From Candidatus Micrarchaeota archaeon (GTDB lineage: Archaea > Micrarchaeota > Micrarchaeia > Micrarchaeales > CABMGC01): a stretch of 64,000 nucleotides of DNA. The position numbers were made by a program, and so were the translations under genes. This document shows positions 1 to 8,735 of the stretch, one piece after another (the stretch's first letter is position 1; every line of letters starts with the position of its first letter). The stretch lies in contig JAGWHD010000001.1 of NCBI GenBank assembly GCA_028866995.1, positions 337,030 through 401,029 on the forward strand. The letters are read 5' to 3'. The notes beneath the pieces are model-generated. The model made no database searches and was not told the DNA's origin. It saw nothing but the letters and a program-made list of their open reading frames with translations.

Positions 1-1
1 G

Positions 2-73
2 GATGAGAGTATAGGAAATTGCGGCATATCGCAGAGGTACAGGGCCGACAGTGCGAGGCTGGCGGGTGCTTGA
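2..73 (+). CDS. 3' end of a CDS entering from the left edge, probably Kae1 (t6A synthesis)
   Basis: Open frame ...GISQRYRADSARLAGA ends at TGA 71-73, directly before the Bud32 ATG at 74. The QR[FY]R.D-type tail and Kae1-Bud32 adjacency are typical of archaea. Confidence 0.45.
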   Translation, partial: DESIGNCGISQRYRADSARLAGA

Positions 74-661
74 ATGAGGATCATTGCTGAAGGCGCTGAG
101 GCGCAGGTGTTCAAGGCGGTGCTGCTTGGCGATACGGTAATAGTAAAGACAAGGAAGGCCAAGGGCTACAGGATAAAGGCGATCGATGACGACATAAGGG
201 CATCAAGGACAAGGATAGAGGCTCGTGTAATGGAAAGGGCGCATTCCTCAGGCATAATGGTCCCTAGGCTCATTGCCGTTGACTCGTTCTCTATATACAT
301 GGGCCTTGTCGATGGGAAGCTCATGAAGGATGCCAGGATAAGAAAGGATTCCTACGGCAGGCTCGGCAGGATATTGGGCATCATGCACAACGCAGACATA
401 GTGCACGGCGATTTCACGCCTGCGAACATAATGGTTGCGAAAGATGGCTTGTACGTGATAGACTTCGGGCTCTCGGGAATCAGCAAGAGCCATGAGGAGA
501 AGGCTCTCGACGTGCTGCTGATGAAGAGGTCGCTGGGAGAGAGCCAATACCGATGGTTCATCGATGGGTATACCCATTCAGGCAGGGAGTCGAAGGCCAT
601 CATGGGCAGGCTGGCGGAGATAGAGCTGAGGGGCAGGTACCAGGTAAGGACTCTTGGCTGA
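74..661 (+). CDS. bud32: Bud32/PRPK-type small kinase (Kae1-associated)
   Basis: 195 aa. Catalytic loop IVHGDFTPANIMV and VIDFGLS motif. Size and position after the Kae1-like tail fit. Confidence 0.85.
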   Translation: MRIIAEGAEAQVFKAVLLGDTVIVKTRKAKGYRIKAIDDDIRASRTRIEARVMERAHSSGIMVPRLIAVDSFSIYMGLVDGKLMKDARIRKDSYGRLGRILGIMHNADIVHGDFTPANIMVAKDGLYVIDFGLSGISKSHEEKALDVLLMKRSLGESQYRWFIDGYTHSGRESKAIMGRLAEIELRGRYQVRTLG

Positions 662-697
662 AGGAATTTCAGCAGTCGCTACGTGCAAGAAAGAGGA

Positions 698-1942
698 TCA
701 TGTGCCGTGAGCCCACTGGTTCAGGTACTCCTGCTGCTGCTTCGTGAGCCTGTCTATGTCTATCTTCATCGACTTGAGCTTCATCCTTGCGATCCTCTGG
801 TCTATCTCCAAGGGTATGCTGTACACCTTGTTCTGCAGGCTCTTCCTGTTCTGGTAGACATAGACAGCTGAAAGGACCTGGTTGCAGAAGCTGAGGTCCA
901 TCACCTCGCTCGGATGGCCTTCAGCGGCACCAAGGTTCACCAGCCTTCCCTCTGCCAGCAAGTATATCCTCCTGCCGTTGGGGAGCGTGTACTCCTGCAT
1001 GTGCTGCCTTATCCTCTTCTGCTGCCTTGCCATCTTCCTGAGGCCTTTCGCGTCTATCTCCACGTCGAAATGCCCCGTATTGGATACCACCGCGCCGTCC
1101 TTCATGCTCTTCATGTGAGCGGTCGTGATGACGTTTATGTCGCCGGTAGCAGTGACGAATATGTCGCCGGCCTTTGCGGCCTTCTCCATCTTCATGACCT
1201 CGAAGCCGTCGTGCACCGCCTCAAGGGCTCTGAACGGGTCCACCTCTGTCACTATTACCCTCGCGCCCATGCCGTGAAGGCGCATTGCAACTCCCCTTCC
1301 GACCCAGCCGTAGCCTGCAACCACTGCGACCTTGCCCGATATGAATATGTTCGTAGCCCTGATTATGCCGTCAACAGTGCTCTGCCCTGTCCCGTACCTG
1401 TTGTCGAACAGGTACTTGGTGTGGGCGTTGTTGACCGCGACTACGGGATACATGAGCACCTTCTGGTTCTCCATTGCCTTGAGCCTTATGACTCCTGTGG
1501 TGGTCTCCTCGGTACCGCCTATTATCAGCTTTGTGCTGCCCCTCTTGTGCAGAGTCGCATGCAGGTCGCTGCCGTCGTCCATTATCATCTGGGGATTGTT
1601 TGCGAGCGCCCTCTCTATGCAGTCATCGTACTCCTTCTGCGTCTCGTCCTTCCATGCGAAGATGCTGATCCCCTCACTCGCGAGCGCCGCTGCGACATCG
1701 TCCTGGGTTGACAGGGGATTCGCTGCCGCTATTGAGACTATCGCCCCTGCCGCCTTCAGCGTGCGCATGAGCACGCCGGTCTCCTTTGTTATGTGTAGGC
1801 ATGCCGCTATCCTGACCCCTTTCAGCGGCTTCGACCTTTCAAGCTCTGCCCTTACCGCAATCAGCGCCGGCATGTGCATCTCTGCCCAGCCCAGCTGGAG
1901 CTTGCCTTGCGGTGCTAGTTTGATGTCCTTTACCTTGTACAT
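698..1942 (-). CDS. ahcY: S-adenosyl-L-homocysteine hydrolase
   Basis: 414 aa. N-terminus [24 protein letters not shown]-binding [15 protein letters not shown], full-length collinear with the AhcY pattern. Confidence 0.95.
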   Translation of the reverse strand: MYKVKDIKLAPQGKLQLGWAEMHMPALIAVRAELERSKPLKGVRIAACLHITKETGVLMRTLKAAGAIVSIAAANPLSTQDDVAAALASEGISIFAWKDETQKEYDDCIERALANNPQMIMDDGSDLHATLHKRGSTKLIIGGTEETTTGVIRLKAMENQKVLMYPVVAVNNAHTKYLFDNRYGTGQSTVDGIIRATNIFISGKVAVVAGYGWVGRGVAMRLHGMGARVIVTEVDPFRALEAVHDGFEVMKMEKAAKAGDIFVTATGDINVITTAHMKSMKDGAVVSNTGHFDVEIDAKGLRKMARQQKRIRQHMQEYTLPNGRRIYLLAEGRLVNLGAAEGHPSEVMDLSFCNQVLSAVYVYQNRKSLQNKVYSIPLEIDQRIARMKLKSMKIDIDRLTKQQQEYLNQWAHGT

Positions 1943-2145
1943 GGTATCGCTGCCTTTGGCGGGAGCCGGTTACAGCTCGCCTACCCTTCTCTTCTGCGCT
2001 CTCTTTATCCTTCTCCTTCTCTTCTTTACCCACTTCCAGCGCATTCTTCCCTTCTTCTTCCACTTGCGAGGTATGCTTCCCAGAAAAAACACCATTATTT
2101 ATTTGTTATCAATTCAATCCCTAAATATATTAATAATGTGGTATT

Positions 2146-2928
2146 GTGCACAAGGGAGTGTTGGTATACGCGGCCATATTGATAGTTCTTGTCATAGTGG
2201 TGATATTCGGGCTGTACGGCGTGGGCGGACTGAAGAAGGGAGGCAACAGCACCATAACCACAACAGCCGCTGGGCAGGGCAACATTACCACGACCTTGGG
2301 GCCGAACCAGACAAGCACGACAAGCACGACTACTGTGCCTTACACAAACTATACCAGCTGCCTGTCGAGCAATTCCACTGAGAGCATAGCCAACGGCGAC
2401 TTTTCTTCAGGCACGTACGCCAACTGGAACGCGAGCGGTCCGGGCTTCGGCAGCGCTCCGTTCAACCTTACGGACGCGAATGCCAACGGCAACTACTACA
2501 ACCACACATGGGAAAACTATGACGGCACGTTCTTCGCGACATCATTCCAGGGAGGCAGCTCGCTCCAGGCGGGCAACCTTACGTCAGACAGCTTCATTGC
2601 CACAGAGCCCTATCTCAATTTCAGGATAATATCTTCGCAGAGCGCCCTCCTGTACGTGGAGGTGCTGTCCGAGGGGAATGTTGTCGCATCTGCGCACTAC
2701 AACACGTTCAACACCTCCCTCAGCAAGTACTACCTATCGACATTCCAGAATGCGAGCATACCGCTTGTCGGCGTCCTGTGCAAGCCGGTGCAGGTTAGGG
2801 TCGTTGCAGGAGTTACCAACGCGGGCGCAGGATCCAGCACCTACCAGTACATTGCCATAGGCGACTTCAAGATGAGCAAGAGCCCTGCGCAGGCAAGGGG
2901 CATTGTGGTCAACCAGACCATAAAGTGA
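2146..2928 (+). CDS. Membrane-anchored/secreted protein with Thr-rich linker and a concanavalin-like beta-sandwich domain
   Basis: GTG start, N-terminal TM (VLVYAAILIVLVIVVIFGLYG), T/S-rich linker, about 12 N-x-S/T sequons. Pattern GDFSSGTY..W..SGPGFGSAP ... GNLTSDSFIATEPYLNFRI. Confidence 0.55.
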   Translation: MHKGVLVYAAILIVLVIVVIFGLYGVGGLKKGGNSTITTTAAGQGNITTTLGPNQTSTTSTTTVPYTNYTSCLSSNSTESIANGDFSSGTYANWNASGPGFGSAPFNLTDANANGNYYNHTWENYDGTFFATSFQGGSSLQAGNLTSDSFIATEPYLNFRIISSQSALLYVEVLSEGNVVASAHYNTFNTSLSKYYLSTFQNASIPLVGVLCKPVQVRVVAGVTNAGAGSSTYQYIAIGDFKMSKSPAQARGIVVNQTIK

Positions 2929-4370
2929 TGGCTGGTTGGATGGTCGATGGCCTGCGATTGTACAACTCGCTGACGAGGCTCGAGGAGCCATTCGAGCCGT
3001 CCGATGGCAATGATGTCAGGTTCTTCGTATGCGGCCAGACCGTGTACGACGACGCGCATCTCGGGCACGCAAAGAGCTACATAAATTTCGATGTAGTTGC
3101 AAGATGGCTTAGGCGAAAGGGATACAAGGTAAGGTACATACAGAACATAACCGACGTCGACGACAAGATAATAGCCAGGGCGAAGGAGAGGAACGAGGAT
3201 CCGATGGCGCTGGCGAGGCGCTTTGAGGAGAGGTTCCTTGAGGACATGGACAGGATAGGGGTCAGGAAGAATGTCGACAGGTATCCCCGCTCGCATGATT
3301 TCATAGTGCAGATAACGGGCCAGATAAGGCTGCTGGCAAAGAGGGGGTACGTATACAGTCTCGGCCAGGATATATACTTCGACGTGGCGAAATTCAAGGA
3401 CTATACGAAGCTGTCAGGGATGAAGCTTGAGGAGCTTGAGAGGCACAGGATAGAGGCAAAGGAGGGGAAGAGGCATACTTACGACTTCGCAGTGTGGAAG
3501 GAGGCGAAGGAGGGAGAGCCGTCATGGGATATAACTATCGAAATCGATGGCTCCGAGAAGGGCTTCAAGGGAAGGCCGGGATGGCACATAGAGGACACCG
3601 CAATGTCAGTATCGATATTCGGTGAGCAGTACGACCTGCATGGCGGAGCAAGGGAGCTCATATTTCCGCACCACAGCAACGAGATAGCGCAGGCAGAGGC
3701 CGCCTACGGGAAGAGGCCTTTTGTCAAGTACTGGATACATTCGGGCGTGCTAAGCGTCAACGGCGAGAAGATGTCGAAGAGCCTTGGCAACTTTATAACA
3801 ATAAGGGACATTCTGAAAAGCTACAGTCCTGAGTCATTGAGGATGTTCGTATGCTCGACGCATTACGCGAAGGACATAGACTACAACGAGAAGGCGATCA
3901 TTGAGGCCAGGAAGAGGCTTGCGTACATGAACTCGTCGCTGTCAGCATTCTACAACTGCGAAGAGGATGGCACTGCTGGTCCGCAGGCAAGGCAGGTAGT
4001 AGATGCCCTTGAGAAGGAGTTTGGGAATGCCATGGACGACAACTTCAACACGCCGCTTGCGCTGACCGCGCTGGTCAAGGCGGCGGAGGGGCTGAGAAGC
4101 ATAGCGGAATCGCAGGGAAAGGTCAACAAGTCAGATAAGGAATACGCGATTTCAAAGATGCTTGGATGCGCGTCGGTCCTCGGCCTGCTCGAGGACGGGG
4201 CCTTCAAGAAAGCGATGCCGAAGGAAGCGGCGGAGCTGATTAAGGAAAGGGACAGGTTGAGGAAGGAGAGGATGTTTGACAAGGCTGACGCCATAAGGGG
4301 CGAACTGCGCGATAAGTACGGGATAGGGATTGAGGACAGCGAGTACGGCACTGTCTGGTACAACGTCTAG
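2928..4370 (+). CDS. cysS: Cysteinyl-tRNA synthetase
   Basis: HIGH-type motif (DDAHLGHAKSY) and KMSKS (EKMSKSLGN). ATG 2928 overlaps the upstream TGA (TGATG). The ORF track begins 3 nt earlier at a GTG. Confidence 0.95.
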   Translation: MAGWMVDGLRLYNSLTRLEEPFEPSDGNDVRFFVCGQTVYDDAHLGHAKSYINFDVVARWLRRKGYKVRYIQNITDVDDKIIARAKERNEDPMALARRFEERFLEDMDRIGVRKNVDRYPRSHDFIVQITGQIRLLAKRGYVYSLGQDIYFDVAKFKDYTKLSGMKLEELERHRIEAKEGKRHTYDFAVWKEAKEGEPSWDITIEIDGSEKGFKGRPGWHIEDTAMSVSIFGEQYDLHGGARELIFPHHSNEIAQAEAAYGKRPFVKYWIHSGVLSVNGEKMSKSLGNFITIRDILKSYSPESLRMFVCSTHYAKDIDYNEKAIIEARKRLAYMNSSLSAFYNCEEDGTAGPQARQVVDALEKEFGNAMDDNFNTPLALTALVKAAEGLRSIAESQGKVNKSDKEYAISKMLGCASVLGLLEDGAFKKAMPKEAAELIKERDRLRKERMFDKADAIRGELRDKYGIGIEDSEYGTVWYNV

Positions 4371-4810
4371 GCCTGCGTCTGCTCCTGCTGCTCCTCTGCT
4401 TCCTGTATGCGCCTGCCTCCGCGCTTCTGCTGCCTGCCGGTCTTCGCTGTTGCGAACATGATAGCAAGGTCCTCGTCCTTTCCGTTGTCTATCCATGCCT
4501 TTATGTATGTCGAGATGTTCTTCAGGGGCTTTGAGTACCTGTCAGTGAACTCGTACATGCCCCCTTCGTGCTTGAGTATGCCGACGGTTACCCCGAAATC
4601 CAGGTATCGCTTCCATGTTGCGAGAGGCAGCTCTGGATTGCAGTCCTTCAGCCTCAGCTGCCCTTTCTTCTTTACCTCGTAAAGCGCCCTTGCGAACCTG
4701 TATGCCTTCGTCTCGTTCTCGAAGTATATCTTCGCGACCTCCTTGACGTTGGGGTCCTTCAGCTTCTCCTTGAGGGGCGCGTCTTCGTACTCCCAGTACT
4801 TTATGGGCAT
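4367..4810 (-). CDS. Hypothetical protein, possible winged-helix fold with charged C-terminal tail
   Basis: 147 aa ORF with coding-like composition. GILKHEGGMYEFTDRY resembles a wHTH wing. Its 3' end overlaps cysS by 4 nt, convergent. Confidence 0.5.
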   Translation of the reverse strand: MPIKYWEYEDAPLKEKLKDPNVKEVAKIYFENETKAYRFARALYEVKKKGQLRLKDCNPELPLATWKRYLDFGVTVGILKHEGGMYEFTDRYSKPLKNISTYIKAWIDNGKDEDLAIMFATAKTGRQQKRGGRRIQEAEEQQEQTQA

Positions 4811-4840
4811 TGAATCAAGTGCTATTGGTATTCGGTTAAT

Positions 4841-5956
4841 TTAAGCTTTGTCGTAAATCAGTGTTATGATGTCGCCGTCGGCCAGCGGGTGCTCAATGCC
4901 GACCTTCTGGTTCACGAACTTAGCGCTGGCTCCGGTTATGTTTGCGAACTTCGCGTTCTTGGCGGTCTTGGAGTTAAGCTTCCTTGCCGCGTCCATGACC
5001 GTGGCCCCCCTGCCCATTATCATCGGCTTCTCGAAATCGGGCTTGCCGTCCTTTGGCTTCAGGTATATGCGGAGCAGCTCCAGTCCCTTGAACACCTCCG
5101 ACTTCAGCTGCTCTATGTTTATGCCCTTCGTTACGCTGATAGGTATCACCTCCATCCCAGTCCTGCTTTTTATCTCGTTTATGTGCTTCGTGAGAGAAGC
5201 GCCGTCAACGACGTCTATCTTGTTGAGCGCGACTATCCCCTTCATGTAGGTGCAGTTGCCGGCTACCACGTCCACGATCTCATCAACATCCGCGTCCTGC
5301 CAGAATATCATCTCGGCGTTGAATATGCCGAACTCCTTGAGCAGGTCTATTATCGTGCGCCTGTCAGGAACCTTGAACTTCCCAGCCTCTATCTTTATGC
5401 CGAACGTCTCCTTCCTCTCGAACCTTATGCTCGGCGCCTTCTTGTTCACCCTTATGTTTAGCTCCTCAAGCTCCTTTATCAGGTCGTATACATGGCCTGG
5501 CTCCTTGGCGTCTATGAGGAAAAGGATCAGGTCAGACACCCTGACCACGCTTATTATCTTTCTCCCTTCCCCTCTGCCTACGTGCGCTCCGGGTATCAGC
5601 CCCGGAAGGTCCAGGACCTGTATGTTGGCCCCTGAGTAGCCCATCATCCCAGGTATGACGTCGACAGTCGTGAAAGCGTAATCGGCGACCTTGGATTCGA
5701 CGTCTGTGAGCCTCTTCAGCAACGAGGACTTGCCCGCGTTCGGGAAGCCCACCAATGCCACGGTCGCATCTCCAGTCTTCTTAACAGAGAAGCCCGTGCC
5801 TTTCCTCCCGCGCTTCTGCTCCATCTCCTTCCTTATGTTCGCAATCTTCGCCCTGAGCAGACCCAGGTGCTTGTTTGTTGCCTTGTTGTACCTTGTCTTC
5901 GAGTACTCCTCCTGGAGCTCCTCGAGCTTTTTGTTGAGATGTTCGTTTGCGGCCAT
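4841..5956 (-). CDS. DRG/OBG-family GTPase with C-terminal TGS domain
   Basis: 371 aa. G1 VALVGFPNAGKSSLL, G3 DLPGLI, N-terminal coiled region, TGS-like C-terminus (GDIITLIY). Confidence 0.9.
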   Translation of the reverse strand: MAANEHLNKKLEELQEEYSKTRYNKATNKHLGLLRAKIANIRKEMEQKRGRKGTGFSVKKTGDATVALVGFPNAGKSSLLKRLTDVESKVADYAFTTVDVIPGMMGYSGANIQVLDLPGLIPGAHVGRGEGRKIISVVRVSDLILFLIDAKEPGHVYDLIKELEELNIRVNKKAPSIRFERKETFGIKIEAGKFKVPDRRTIIDLLKEFGIFNAEMIFWQDADVDEIVDVVAGNCTYMKGIVALNKIDVVDGASLTKHINEIKSRTGMEVIPISVTKGINIEQLKSEVFKGLELLRIYLKPKDGKPDFEKPMIMGRGATVMDAARKLNSKTAKNAKFANITGASAKFVNQKVGIEHPLADGDIITLIYDKA

Positions 5957-6087
5957 GCGGATCTTTTGTTTGCTCGTTTTACCTTGGTGTGTAGTATTTT
6001 GCGTTTCGTTTATATATTTTATATCGCAATGTTATTTTGAAAGTGAATCAAATGGCAAAGAAAAAGAAGGCCAAGAGGAAGGCCCAC

Positions 6088-6142
6088 AAAAAAGGGAAAA
6101 AGAAGAGGTAAAGGGATTGGTTTTTGTTTTTTTCTTTTTCCC
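6088..6142 (-). terminator. Hairpin plus oligo-U tract directly after srp54
   Basis: GGGAAAAAGAA (6094-6104) is the exact reverse complement of TTCTTTTTCCC (6132-6142). On the minus strand the hairpin is followed by TTTTTT (6093-6088). It starts 12 nt after the srp54 stop. Confidence 0.5.
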
Positions 6143-6153
6143 CTTTTTCTTTT

Positions 6154-7458
6154 TCACATTCCTGGCATGAACTTCGACATGTTCTTCTTCAGGTCGCGGT
6201 TGTTCTTGAACATCGTAGCGAACTTCTTCATCCTGTTGAAGTCGCTTATGAGCTCCCTCACGTCTTTCTCGGTGGTTCCGCTGCCCTTCGCTATCCTCGC
6301 TATCCTGCTGTGCTCCTTGACAAGCCTGTCGCTGTTCCTCTCCTCCTTCGTCATAGAGCTTATTATCGACCCGTATTTCTTCAGCTTGGTCTCTCCGGTA
6401 TCCAGAACGTCCTTGGGCACGTCGGCCATGCCCATCATCCCCAGTATGCTCTTCATCGGGCCGACGTTCTGCATGGCCTTGAGCTGCTTGTAGAAGGTGT
6501 CGAAGCTGAGGTTGCTGATGTCGGCCTCTTCCTCCTTTATGTTAGCGCTCTTTACAGCTTCCTGCACCTTTAGCACCAAGGACTCTAGGTCTGGCATGCC
6601 GAGCAGCCTTCCGACGAACTTCTTCGAGTCGTAGGGCTCAAGCGCGTTGAGCTTCTCTCCAGTGCCTATGAACGTTATTCTCGTCTTGGACGCGGCCACT
6701 GCGCTGAGGGCGCCTCCTCCCTTCCCCGAACCGTCCAGCTTGGTGACTATGACCCCTGTCAGCTTTATCCTGCTATCGAACTCCGCTGCCTGCTTGCCCG
6801 CTACCTGCCCTATGTCCGCGTTTATGACAAGCATCTTCTCGTCTGGCCTGAACTCGTCGTTTATGAGCTTCAGCTCCTTGGCCAGCTCAGCATCCATCGC
6901 GTTCCTGCCCCCGGAGTCGCATATTATGACCTTGCGGCTCTTCAGCTCGTTGAGCCCTTCCCTTACCAGCTTCTTTACGTCCTTTTCCTCCTTCCTTCCG
7001 AAGAACGAGACATTAGACTGCTTTGCAAGCGTCTCAAGCTGCTCGAAGGCTGCGGGTCTCGAGACGTCGCAGCATATAAGCCCTACGCTGAGCCCCCTGT
7101 CCTGGTAGAACTTGGCGAGTTTCGCCGCGGTGGTGGTCTTACCTGACCCGTATATTCCGACAAGCAGGATCCTCTTCGGCGCTATCTCCGGGGCATAGGA
7201 CTCGCCCATCATCTTTACGAGCTCCTCGTAGACCATGTTGGTGATGTAGTCCTTGGGGGTTATCCCCTGCGGCAGCTTCTCCTTAAGCGCAGCGTCCTCT
7301 ATGCGCTTGGTGAAGGAGAGTACCAGGTTTATGTCCACGTCTGACGATATAAGCGCCTTCTGGAGCTCCTTGGTGAATTCCTTGATGGCCTTGGCGTCTA
7401 TTATCGTGGCTCCGCTAAGCCTTGCTATAGCCTTCCTTAGCCCTTCTCCTAGATCCAT
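6154..7458 (-). CDS. srp54: Signal recognition particle protein SRP54
   Basis: Start taken at MDLGEGLRKAIARLSG (aa 46 of the track ORF). G-domain GIYGSGKTTTAAKLA and TKLDGSGKGGGALS. Met-rich M domain (GMMGMADVP). Confidence 0.95.
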   Translation of the reverse strand: MDLGEGLRKAIARLSGATIIDAKAIKEFTKELQKALISSDVDINLVLSFTKRIEDAALKEKLPQGITPKDYITNMVYEELVKMMGESYAPEIAPKRILLVGIYGSGKTTTAAKLAKFYQDRGLSVGLICCDVSRPAAFEQLETLAKQSNVSFFGRKEEKDVKKLVREGLNELKSRKVIICDSGGRNAMDAELAKELKLINDEFRPDEKMLVINADIGQVAGKQAAEFDSRIKLTGVIVTKLDGSGKGGGALSAVAASKTRITFIGTGEKLNALEPYDSKKFVGRLLGMPDLESLVLKVQEAVKSANIKEEEADISNLSFDTFYKQLKAMQNVGPMKSILGMMGMADVPKDVLDTGETKLKKYGSIISSMTKEERNSDRLVKEHSRIARIAKGSGTTEKDVRELISDFNRMKKFATMFKNNRDLKKNMSKFMPGM

Positions 7459-7548
7459 TCCGAAGACCAAATTACCGGGCCGGAGCCCAATTGACAAATA
7501 GCCCTTACAACATATAATTAAGAATTTTCGGTATATAAAGATATGCGT

Positions 7549-7654
7549 GGGCTCATAGCTCAGCCTGGTCAGAGCGCCGGTCTTATACTTCAAGTTTCAA
7601 TTGAAGCTTGGATACGATAGCCGGATGTCGTGAGTTCAAATCTCACTGGGCCCA
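7549..7654 (+). tRNA. tRNA-Ile, anticodon TAT (UAU), with 31-nt intron at the canonical 37/38 site
   Basis: Acceptor GGGCTCA/TGGGCCC, D-arm GCTC-AGCCTGGTCA-GAGC, anticodon stem CCGGT/GCCGG, T-arm GTGAG-TTCAAAT-CTCAC, discriminator A. Spliced loop is CTTATAA. Mature length is 75 nt. Confidence 0.8.
7588..7618 (+). other. tRNA-Ile intron (bulge-helix-bulge)
   Basis: Central helix CTTA (7582-85)/TACG (7613-16) has one T-C mismatch. The 3-nt bulges are TA|C and AT|A. The inner helix is 6 bp, TTCAAG (7589-94)/CTTGGA (7607-12). Confidence 0.65.
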
Positions 7655-7668
7655 TCAACAGGGATTGC

Positions 7669-8253
7669 ATGAGGAAGGTATACCTTTTCATGATGCTCAG
7701 CCTCGACGGCTACTTCGAGGGCCCTAACCATGATATTTCATGGCACAAAGTTGACGAGGAGTTCAACAGTTTTGCTGCCGGGCAATTAAGGAAGGCTGAT
7801 CTTTTCATATATGGCAGGAGGACGTACCGGCTAATGGAGGAGTACTGGCCGAAGGCGGCTGACGACCCGAACATGTCGAAGGACAACACCGAGATAGCAA
7901 ACATGATAAACAACACCAAGAAGCTGGTGATATCGAGGACGCTGGCGAGCGTCAAGGAGAGCGGTAACTGGAAGAACGTTGAGCTTGCCAGGGAATTCGA
8001 TCCTGACGAGATAAGGCGGTTGAAGGAAATGCCAGGCAAAGAGATATGGGTCGGCGGGTCTAATCTTGCGGTTTCATTCGTAGAGAACGGCCTTATAGAC
8101 GAGTTCAGGTTCATTGTGAACCCAGTGTTTATAGGAAAGGGAACTCCTTTGTTTCAGGGCCTGAACGCTAAGCTGGACTTGGAGCTCATAGAGACACGGA
8201 AGTTCAAGTCGGGAAACGTGCTGTTGACCTACAGGCCTGCTAAAGGCAGGTGA
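7669..8253 (+). CDS. RibD C-terminal/dihydrofolate-reductase-like family protein
   Basis: Start at MRKVYLFMMLSLDGYFEG. The first 13 aa of the track ORF are translation of the tRNA T-arm. FIYGRRTY..., WVGGSNL and FRFIVNPVFIGKG fit the DHFR-like fold pattern. Confidence 0.7.
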   Translation: MRKVYLFMMLSLDGYFEGPNHDISWHKVDEEFNSFAAGQLRKADLFIYGRRTYRLMEEYWPKAADDPNMSKDNTEIANMINNTKKLVISRTLASVKESGNWKNVELAREFDPDEIRRLKEMPGKEIWVGGSNLAVSFVENGLIDEFRFIVNPVFIGKGTPLFQGLNAKLDLELIETRKFKSGNVLLTYRPAKGR

Positions 8254-8262
8254 TGCCTTACG

Positions 8263-8667
8263 CTAGCTTTTCCTTTGCCATAGTACCGATATCGCGACAA
8301 GCAGCAGCACGAGATACATTGCAAGGCCGTAGACGCACGGCGGCTGGCCAAGGATGTCGAACGTGGTGCACGAGGTGTTGTTCATTATGGCGAGCGTAAG
8401 GTAGGCTGAGAAGGCCATTCCCGCAAGCGCTATGACGGCCATTGCGACGGCTCTGGTTCCTTTCTTTGCAATAAAGAGCAGCGTCGAGAGGGTGAAGATG
8501 AGCAGGTACATTATGAATCCGTATAGGCAGCTGGGCAAGCCGAAGTAGAATACCTCGCAGCCGGGCCTTCCCGAAGCATAGGTATACGCAGTAAGGTAGC
8601 CTGAGAATACCACACCCGCAACGGCAAGTATCGCTATCGCTTTGGTGTAGGCTTTTGCGTCCATCAC
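8263..8667 (-). CDS. Small 4-TM membrane protein with internal duplication and two Cys pairs
   Basis: 134 aa. The two halves align (AGVVFSGYLTAY..GCEVFYFGLPSCLYGFIMYLL versus AGMAFSAYLTLA..SCTTFDILGQPPCVYGLAMYLV). Confidence 0.6.
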   Translation of the reverse strand: MMDAKAYTKAIAILAVAGVVFSGYLTAYTYASGRPGCEVFYFGLPSCLYGFIMYLLIFTLSTLLFIAKKGTRAVAMAVIALAGMAFSAYLTLAIMNNTSCTTFDILGQPPCVYGLAMYLVLLLVAISVLWQRKS

Positions 8668-8735
8668 ACCACAAATAGGTTATGCAGAATGGATATAAGA
8701 ATACGACGACAAATGCAAAACCCTGTTATAAAACG

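Noticed and set aside
6052-6111. 19-aa ultra-basic micro-ORF MAKKKKAKRKAHKKGKKKR with a TATA-like box (6009-6026) upstream. Considered as an eL41-like peptide.
   Set aside because: It lies on the antisense of the srp54 terminator (hairpin plus oligo-U), so the A-rich Lys codons are a by-product. It lacks the Trp/Arg pattern of eL41. The A/T box can equally serve the divergent DRG gene.
7459-7593. 45-aa N-terminal extension of SRP54 in the ORF track (MKYKTGALTRLSYEPTHIF...).
   Set aside because: It runs antisense through the tRNA-Ile gene and its promoter. The conserved SRP54 N-terminus begins at MDLGEGLRKAI (7458).
7630-7668. MSSNLT... N-termini of the ORFs starting at 7630 (+) and 28547 (-).
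   Set aside because: Both are translations of tRNA T-arms (GTGAGTTCAAATCTCAC read as GTG-start M-S-S-N-L-T). The real starts are the downstream Met codons (7669 and 28505).
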